Below are positions 14,303 to 20,285 of a stretch of 20,285 nt of DNA, one piece after another (position 1 is the stretch's first letter; the number at the start of each line of letters is the position of its first letter). The notes beneath the pieces were generated by a model. It was not told the DNA's origin. It ran no database searches and worked only from the letters and a program-made list of their open reading frames with translations. Source of the stretch: Planctomycetota bacterium (lineage in GTDB: Bacteria > Planctomycetota > SZUA-567 > H5-PLA8); NCBI GenBank assembly GCA_045863855.1, contig BTVV01000113.1, positions 1 to 20,285 on the forward strand, read 5' to 3'. Made by a program: the position numbers and the translations under genes.

Positions 14303-15715
14303 ATGGTGCTTGAGACTTCCTTTTCGACGCTCCACGCGGCGCCGCGGCGTTCCGAAGATTCAGCTTCCACTTTGGGGCGAAGCGGGGCCGGCGCGGCCTT
14401 CCTGAGCTGGCCGGCGATCGCGCTGTGCCTGCTCGCCTACGCCGGCGGCGCGGCGGTGCGGTACTTTTACATCTTCGAATGGAACCCCGTCTACACGCTG
14501 CTCTTCAGCGACATGGAAGGGTACTTGGGCACGGTCAAGAATTTCCTCGACCCGTCCTACGTGGAGAGCATCGCCGATACGGTGCATCCCCCTGGCACGC
14601 GCTGGCTTTTCGGCGTGCTCTACGGAATCGATCCTTCTTACAACCTGATCATGGCCATGCAGTGGGTGCTTTCGGCGCTCTACCCTTGGTTGCTCTTCGG
14701 CATCGCCTGGGAACTCTTCGGCCGCCGCGCGGCCTGGGCGGTGCTGGTCTTCGCCAGCCTCTATTACCCGCTCTTCGATTATTCCTGCTATTTGCTCTCC
14801 GAAGCGCCGTTCGGATTCCTGATGACGCTCTCCTTTTACGCGCTGGTCCTCAGCATCAAAAGCGGTCCGGGCGTGCGGATCGCCTGGGGCTTGGCCGGTG
14901 GGATCGTGCTGGGCGCGTCGGCTGCGCTTAAGACCGTCTCGTTGCCGGCGGCCTTCTGCGTTTTCCTGCTCCTGATCGCCTACGAACGCAAGCACCGTTG
15001 CGGCCTTTGGAGGCCGCTCTTCGCCGCCAGCTTGGGGCTCTTGCTGGTGCTCGCGCCGTTGGCCGTGCGCGCCACGCGCTTGAGCGGGAAACCGTGCCTG
15101 GTGGCCAACGACGCGGCGCGCAACGTGCTGATCGGGCATTACGGCGACATCGGTTCGGTCATCTTTCACGACTGGGAACGGAACATCCACCACGAGTTCG
15201 GTTGTCCGGCGGCGGTGCAGAAGGGCTACCGCGCCAAGGTGGACGTCAACTTCGGAGCCTACGATAATCGCGCGGCGCTCAACGAAGCCTGGCGCTGGAC
15301 CCGCGAGAACTTCTGGCGTTCGTTGCTGTATTCGGTCGAGCACGTTTTCGATCTCTTCTACGGGACGCTGGCTTGGCCCAGCAACTGCGTGCCGGGCAAC
15401 CGCGCCTGGGTGATCCTCTACAGCTATGTTTTTCTCTGCCTGGTCTTTCTGCCCATGATCGTCCACGTTTGCCGGCACTGGCGCGCCATGCTGCGCCTGG
15501 ATCCGGCCTGGACGGGCGACTTGATGACGCTCGCCCCGCTGGGCGGGATCGTCTTCGCCGCGTTCATCGCGCTGGGCGAACCGCGCTACCGCATTCCGTT
15601 CGACGGCTTCATGCTGCTGCTGGCCGTACGAGCGTTCGTGCCGCCGCGACCCGAAGAAGCGCGCGCGCTGTGCGCGCCCAAGCCCGCCGCCGTGCCCGCC
15701 GGGGACCATCCATGA
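14303..15715 (+). CDS. GT-C fold integral membrane glycosyltransferase (ArnT/PMT_2-like)
   Basis: Many hydrophobic segments. Acidic loop motif SDMEGY after the first TM; HPPG, LLSEAPF, conserved K in ALKT and C-terminal EPRYRIP are all typical of ArnT/PMT-like GT-C enzymes. Confidence 0.8.
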   Translation: MVLETSFSTLHAAPRRSEDSASTLGRSGAGAAFLSWPAIALCLLAYAGGAAVRYFYIFEWNPVYTLLFSDMEGYLGTVKNFLDPSYVESIADTVHPPGTRWLFGVLYGIDPSYNLIMAMQWVLSALYPWLLFGIAWELFGRRAAWAVLVFASLYYPLFDYSCYLLSEAPFGFLMTLSFYALVLSIKSGPGVRIAWGLAGGIVLGASAALKTVSLPAAFCVFLLLIAYERKHRCGLWRPLFAASLGLLLVLAPLAVRATRLSGKPCLVANDAARNVLIGHYGDIGSVIFHDWERNIHHEFGCPAAVQKGYRAKVDVNFGAYDNRAALNEAWRWTRENFWRSLLYSVEHVFDLFYGTLAWPSNCVPGNRAWVILYSYVFLCLVFLPMIVHVCRHWRAMLRLDPAWTGDLMTLAPLGGIVFAAFIALGEPRYRIPFDGFMLLLAVRAFVPPRPEEARALCAPKPAAVPAGDHP

Positions 15716-17298
15716 GCCACCCCTCGACCCTGGAATCGCTCGCCGCACCCGCGGCGTCGGCCCACGCGGCGCCCGAACCCGGCTGCGCGCCCGCGCGCGA
15801 CCCGTTCGCCGACCCCGAATACGGCAAGGACGTCGAGCACGGCGGGCACGTCATCCGCAGCCATCCGCGCTGGTCGCTCGACCAGAACCAGCGCAACCTG
15901 ACCGGCTACGCGGGCCTGGCCGTCGTGACGCTCGGTTCGATCTGCGTCGCCGTCAATCAGTCCGCTCCGACGCTGGAATTTCTCCGCGGCGTCCTCCCCG
16001 AAAACCTTCACGCGATGCTGGCTCAGGCGATTCGCACCTGCTGGGCTTGGCGCGGGCCCTGGTTTTTGCTGCTGACGTTCCTGGCCATGTTCCTGGTCGA
16101 AACGCTGGTCTTCAAAGTGCACCGCCGCCATTTTGACTTCACCCGCGCCCATCCGGTGGGGCTCGACGGCTGGGCGCGGATCCTGCGCCGCTGGCTGGCG
16201 CTGGCGCTGTGCTTCGCCCTCGCGGCCATCGTCTACATCAGCTTCGGCGAGTACAGCTTCCACTACTTTCACCTCGGCGACGCGCTGCGCGGCACGCCCC
16301 TGGACGAGTTGCCGCGGCACTTCTACGCCAAGTACATCCTCTTTTTTGTCTTCGCCGTGCCCACCGCGCTGACCCTGAGCATCCCTTACTTCTACCTCGT
16401 CGAACGCCACGCGCGCCGCGACGGGCCCGTCGACGAATGGCTGGTCTTCTGGCATGTCGTACGCCGCGCGCTGACGGGACTGTTTCTGCGCGCGCACCGC
16501 GCCGACGCGGCCGCCGCCGTCAAGAACCCTCATGCGCACAACCTGCTGCGCGCGCTGCTGGTCAAACTCTTCTGGACCCCGCTGATGCTCACCTGGTGCC
16601 TCAACTGCTGGGGACACGTCGAGAACGGCGGGCACCTGTGGCTCTACGAACGCGCGCCCATCGTCTGGTCCGATCCGCACCACGTCTCCTATCTGCTCCG
16701 CGACCTCCACTTCTCGATTCTGAATTACCTGATCTGCATCGACCTGACCGTCGGCGTCATCGGCTACCTCACCGCCATGCGCTTGCTCGATACGCAAACC
16801 ACCAGCGCCGAACCGACCTTGATGGGATGGGTGGTGGCGCTGTTGTGCTACCCGCCGATCAACGCCGGCGTCACGAGCGTCTACTTCGGCTACGGGAGCA
16901 ACGAGGGCTGGATTCACTACTTCATCGACCAGCCCGTCTGGAGCCTGATGGCCAACTTCATGAGCCTCTTCCTGATGGCCATCTACGTCTGGGCCACCTA
17001 CGCCTTCGGCCTGCGTTTCTCCAACCTGACCAACCGCGGGATCATTCTGACCGGCCCCTACAAGTACATCCGGCATCCGGCTTACATCAGCAAGAACGGC
17101 GCGTGGTGGTTCGAGGCGCTCCCCTTCTGCGCCTCACCCGACTGGTTCACGCGCTGCGTCTGGTGTCTGCATCTGCTGGCCATCAATATCCTCTACGGAC
17201 TGCGCGCCTACACCGAGGAACGGCACCTGATGCGCGAGGAGCATTACCGCGAATACTGCAAGCGCGTGCCGTGGCGCTTCCTGCCGGGCATCTTTTGA
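15712..17298 (+). CDS. Polytopic membrane protein with C-terminal isoprenylcysteine carboxyl methyltransferase (ICMT/PEMT)-family domain (528 aa)
   Basis: ATG at 15712 overlaps the upstream TGA (ATGA); the track's start at 15373 is unlikely. C-terminal GPYKYIRHPAY, EERHL and YREYCKRVPWRFLPGIF are ICMT-family motifs. Confidence 0.85.
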   Translation: MSHPSTLESLAAPAASAHAAPEPGCAPARDPFADPEYGKDVEHGGHVIRSHPRWSLDQNQRNLTGYAGLAVVTLGSICVAVNQSAPTLEFLRGVLPENLHAMLAQAIRTCWAWRGPWFLLLTFLAMFLVETLVFKVHRRHFDFTRAHPVGLDGWARILRRWLALALCFALAAIVYISFGEYSFHYFHLGDALRGTPLDELPRHFYAKYILFFVFAVPTALTLSIPYFYLVERHARRDGPVDEWLVFWHVVRRALTGLFLRAHRADAAAAVKNPHAHNLLRALLVKLFWTPLMLTWCLNCWGHVENGGHLWLYERAPIVWSDPHHVSYLLRDLHFSILNYLICIDLTVGVIGYLTAMRLLDTQTTSAEPTLMGWVVALLCYPPINAGVTSVYFGYGSNEGWIHYFIDQPVWSLMANFMSLFLMAIYVWATYAFGLRFSNLTNRGIILTGPYKYIRHPAYISKNGAWWFEALPFCASPDWFTRCVWCLHLLAINILYGLRAYTEERHLMREEHYREYCKRVPWRFLPGIF

Positions 17299-17402
17299 TC
17301 CGCCGCGACCGCTTGCCCCGGCGTGGCGGACCCCGGCCCCCGGCTTCGAACCTATTGCACCTGCTTTCGGCTCCGTACACCCCAAACCGTTCCGCTTTTT
17401 CC

Positions 17403-17430
17403 TTGGCCATTCCGCAACCGGGCCTAAACT
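17403..17430 (+). promoter_or_regulatory. Possible mutL promoter
   Basis: TTGGCC, 16-nt spacer, TAAACT in the lower-GC gap before mutL. This is a weak match. Confidence 0.25.
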
Positions 17431-17490
17431 ATAGGCTGTGATGCCGGGACCGCCCCGTTGGCGCTCCCGGGCTTCCTCCGGAAACCGTCC

Positions 17491-19476
17491 ATGTCCTTCA
17501 CGCCCGCCCCCACCGACGCGCTCCCGCGCATCCGGCTCCTGCCCACCGAAGTCCAGTCCCGCATCGCCGCAGGCGAAGTCGTCGAACGCCCCTGTTCGGC
17601 CGTCAAAGAACTTGTCGAGAACAGCCTCGACGCCGCCGCGCGGTCCGTCGAAGTGGAACTCGCCGCTGGCGGCCGCGACCTCCTGCGTGTCCGCGACGAC
17701 GGGCACGGCATGTCCCGCGAAGAACTCCTGCTGGCCGTCCAGCGCCACGCCACCAGCAAACTCCGCGACGCTGCGGAACTCACCCGGCTCGCCACCTTCG
17801 GTTTCCGCGGCGAAGCGCTCCCCGCCATCGCCTCCGTCGCCCGCGTGACGCTCACCAGCCGCACCCCGGATTCCGAACACGCCTGGCGCCTGGCCATCGA
17901 AGGCGGCGGGGTCGCTCAGCCCGAACCGGCCGCCGCCGCGGTGGGCTGCAGCGTCGAGGTCCGCGACCTGTTCTTCAACCTGCCCGTGCGCCGGAAGTTC
18001 CTCAAGAGCCCCGGGTCCGAAGCCGCCGCCTGCGCCGACACCGTCTTGCGCCTGGCGCTCGTCCGTCCCGACGTCTCTTTCAAGCTTGTCCAGGGCCGCC
18101 AAGTCCTGCTGGACGTCCCGGCCTGGCGTTCCGGTTCCGCGCCGCAACGACCCGCCGCCTCCGCGGGGCTGCTCTGGACATCCACCGCGCTGGCCCTGCC
18201 CCTGGAGGCCTACCTCCAGCGCGCTCGAGCGCTCCTGGGCGCGGCCTTCACCGATCCGCTGGCGCCCTGCGCCATCACGCGCGAGACGCCCGCCGGAAGT
18301 TGGCGCCTCTTCGGACTCCTGGCCCCCCCAGCCGCCGCGCGCCACACGCGCGCCAACTTGTACCTCGCCGTCAACGGCCGGGCCGTCAAAGACCGCGCTT
18401 TCGTCCACGCCGTCACCGCCGCCTACCGCACGCTGCTCCCGCCGAAGCGCTACCCCGCGGCGGTCCTGTTCCTGGAAGGGCCCGGCGAGAGCATCGATAT
18501 CAACGTCCATCCGGCCAAAACGGAAGTCCGCTTCCGCGAAAACGATCTGCTCTACAGCCTGCTGCACCAGGCCGTCCGCGAAACCTTCGCCGCGCCTACG
18601 GCCCAGACGCCTGCGCCGCCCGCCGCGCCCGAACCTGCGCCGCCTTGGGCGCTGGAGACGCCCGCCGTCCAGACCCGCATCGATCTACAACCTCCCGCTC
18701 CGGCCGTGCGCGCTTACCCTATGCCCGATTCCGACACGCCCGCGCCTCGCGCCGCCGAAGCGCCGCCCGAGTCGCGCTTCGCCGTGCCGAAGGCCGTCCC
18801 GTCCGAAGCCGCGGCCCGCGTCGAGCCCGCGCGCCGGGTTGCGCGTCCTCCGTCCGAGCCCCCGCCGTCCGCCGCCGCGTCCTACCGCGTGCTGGGCCAA
18901 GCCGGCGGGATGTACCTCGTGGTCGAAGACGACGAAGGCGTAAAACTGATCGACCAGCACGCGCTCCACGAACGCATCCTTTTCGAGCAGCTCATGGCCC
19001 GCGCCCGCCGCTGCGAACCGCTCGCCCAGCGCCTCCTGATTCCCGAGAGCGTCGAACTGAGCGTCACGCAAGCGGCCGCCTGGAGCGACCCCGCTTCCCG
19101 CGCGACCCTGGCCGAATTGGGCTTCGAACTCGAAGATTTCGGCCCCCGCGCAGTGGCGCTCCAAGCCGTCCCCCTCGGCCTGCCCGCCCGCCACCTCGGC
19201 GCGCTCCTAGGCGAAATCCTCGACGCGCTCGCCGCGTTGGCCGACGAACACCGCGGCCAGCCGCTCGACCGCGCCATCCTGCGCGAGAAAGCCGCCTATG
19301 TCTGTTCCTGCAAAGGTGCGCTCAAAGCCGGCGAACGCCTGAACCAAGCGCAGCTCGAAGGGTTGCTCGCCGAATTCGTCCGCGTCGTCGGCGGCAAAGG
19401 ATTCACCTGCCCCCACGGCCGCCCCCTGGCGGTGGAACTCAGTTGGGCCGACCTCGAACGCCAAGTCGGGCGGTAG
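17491..19476 (+). CDS. mutL: DNA mismatch repair endonuclease MutL
   Basis: IAAGEVVERP, KELVENSLDA, DDGHGM, GFRGEAL, DINVHPAKTEVRF, a Pro-rich linker, DQHALHERILFE, QRLLIP, SCK and CPHGRP. Start is ATG 17491 or TTG 17458. Confidence 0.98.
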   Translation: MSFTPAPTDALPRIRLLPTEVQSRIAAGEVVERPCSAVKELVENSLDAAARSVEVELAAGGRDLLRVRDDGHGMSREELLLAVQRHATSKLRDAAELTRLATFGFRGEALPAIASVARVTLTSRTPDSEHAWRLAIEGGGVAQPEPAAAAVGCSVEVRDLFFNLPVRRKFLKSPGSEAAACADTVLRLALVRPDVSFKLVQGRQVLLDVPAWRSGSAPQRPAASAGLLWTSTALALPLEAYLQRARALLGAAFTDPLAPCAITRETPAGSWRLFGLLAPPAAARHTRANLYLAVNGRAVKDRAFVHAVTAAYRTLLPPKRYPAAVLFLEGPGESIDINVHPAKTEVRFRENDLLYSLLHQAVRETFAAPTAQTPAPPAAPEPAPPWALETPAVQTRIDLQPPAPAVRAYPMPDSDTPAPRAAEAPPESRFAVPKAVPSEAAARVEPARRVARPPSEPPPSAAASYRVLGQAGGMYLVVEDDEGVKLIDQHALHERILFEQLMARARRCEPLAQRLLIPESVELSVTQAAAWSDPASRATLAELGFELEDFGPRAVALQAVPLGLPARHLGALLGEILDALAALADEHRGQPLDRAILREKAAYVCSCKGALKAGERLNQAQLEGLLAEFVRVVGGKGFTCPHGRPLAVELSWADLERQVGR

Positions 19477-19567
19477 GCGTCTCTTGGTAGACTGTCACAC
19501 AGCACACTGCGATAGCGTCGAAAGATCGGGTAAGGCATCCGCAAGATGAAGCTGGGAGGAGCTTGCC

Positions 19568-20285
19568 ATGCCCCACGCTTGGCTGGCCCATCGCTACGGT
19601 AAATCCACTTTTATGGGCCGGTGGGGCGCCGTTCTGGCGTTGCTGGCCGCCATCCCTATCTTCCTGCTCTTTTGCCAAGGCCGCGGGGCTTTATTTAATA
19701 ATGAGGGTTTTAATCCTCACGTACCTACCTGGATGCCTCCTCTTTCCATCGCCTGTGTCGCGCTGCTGGTAACGGTGTTGGCCTGCGTCGCCGTTCTGCG
19801 CACGCTTGGCGGACCGCGCATCGGCTTGGCCGAAGGCTTGCTCGTGACGCCCCATACCGGAATTTGGACCGGGGTCTGGATGCAGTCCCCGGTCTGGGAC
19901 TTTCGATGGAACGAGCCCCTCTACTTACGCTGGAGCGCGATGAGCGCCTGCCTGGTTTTGGGCGCGTACGCCGCCGCGGCCTGCCTGCACCGGCTACGCA
20001 CACCGGCCCGTTCAGAACCACTCCCCCCGGCACGGTGGTGGAGTTTGTGGCTGTTGCCGCACGCACTGCATGCGGCCCTACTGGGTGCGGCCTTGGTCTG
20101 GATGGTTGCAGAAGAAGCGCATCGCGCCTGGCTGGCTGGCGCGATGCTGGTGGCGATTTTGTATGCCGTGTTCCGCACCGGCTCCGCGGTACACGCGCCC
20201 CCCGTCAACCCTGCGACGGAGCGGCTGAGGTCCCGCGCACCGATTCGGCCGGAAGCCCGTCGGCGATTCGCTTCATTCGAGCCGA
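19568..20285 (+). CDS. Hypothetical multi-pass membrane protein, 3'-truncated by the window edge
   Basis: ATG at 19568 with GGAGGAG 6 nt upstream. The frame is open for 239 codons to the window end (MPHAWLAHRYGKSTFMGRWGAVLALLAAIPIFLLFCQG...) with about five hydrophobic stretches. It is absent from the ORF track, presumably because no stop lies in the window. Confidence 0.7.
   Translation, partial: MPHAWLAHRYGKSTFMGRWGAVLALLAAIPIFLLFCQGRGALFNNEGFNPHVPTWMPPLSIACVALLVTVLACVAVLRTLGGPRIGLAEGLLVTPHTGIWTGVWMQSPVWDFRWNEPLYLRWSAMSACLVLGAYAAAACLHRLRTPARSEPLPPARWWSLWLLPHALHAALLGAALVWMVAEEAHRAWLAGAMLVAILYAVFRTGSAVHAPPVNPATERLRSRAPIRPEARRRFASFEP

Noticed and set aside
15373..15711. ORF-track N-terminal extension of the ICMT-family gene
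   Set aside because: It overlaps the glycosyltransferase CDS with Arg/Ala-rich non-motif sequence. The ATGA-coupled start at 15712 is more plausible.
14360..18567. Long minus-strand ORFs 14360-15748, 15586-17076 and 17134-18567
   Set aside because: Shadows of the glycosyltransferase, the ICMT-family gene and mutL.
20226..20242. 16/17-nt match to the reverse complement of 2343-2359 (both encode LRSRAP)
   Set aside because: Short, GC-rich and inside unrelated CDSs; compatible with chance in a 20-kb window.

Overview
GC-rich bacterial window, probably from the PVC superphylum (Planctomycetota-like; inferred from composition and the run of prepilin genes). The centre is a ~12-kb minus-strand operon (13833->1878) of eight consecutive genes that all carry class III (prepilin peptidase) leaders, in the order H-like, I-like, J-like, K-like, then four G-like pseudopilins. 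The K/PilX-like gene is a 1991-aa giant: GspK-like motifs are spread along its whole length, separated by large insertions with patchy low GC and a cryptic P-aromatic-[DHN]-x3-N-P repeat. The H-like gene ends in a ~170-aa Ser/Thr/Asn tail. The four G-like genes form an old AB-AB duplication. No secretin, assembly ATPase, platform protein or prepilin peptidase gene is in the window. Downstream lie a secreted CBM-like + SGNH/GDSL hydrolase and a 56-aa secreted EAKTG-repeat protein with a strong terminator. On the plus strand, divergently transcribed, are a GT-C (ArnT/PMT-like) glycosyltransferase, a translationally coupled ICMT-family membrane protein, mutL, and the 5' part of a membrane protein absent from the ORF track. 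No RNA genes, CRISPR arrays or mobile elements were recognised. All family calls are from motif recognition by eye; no searches were run.
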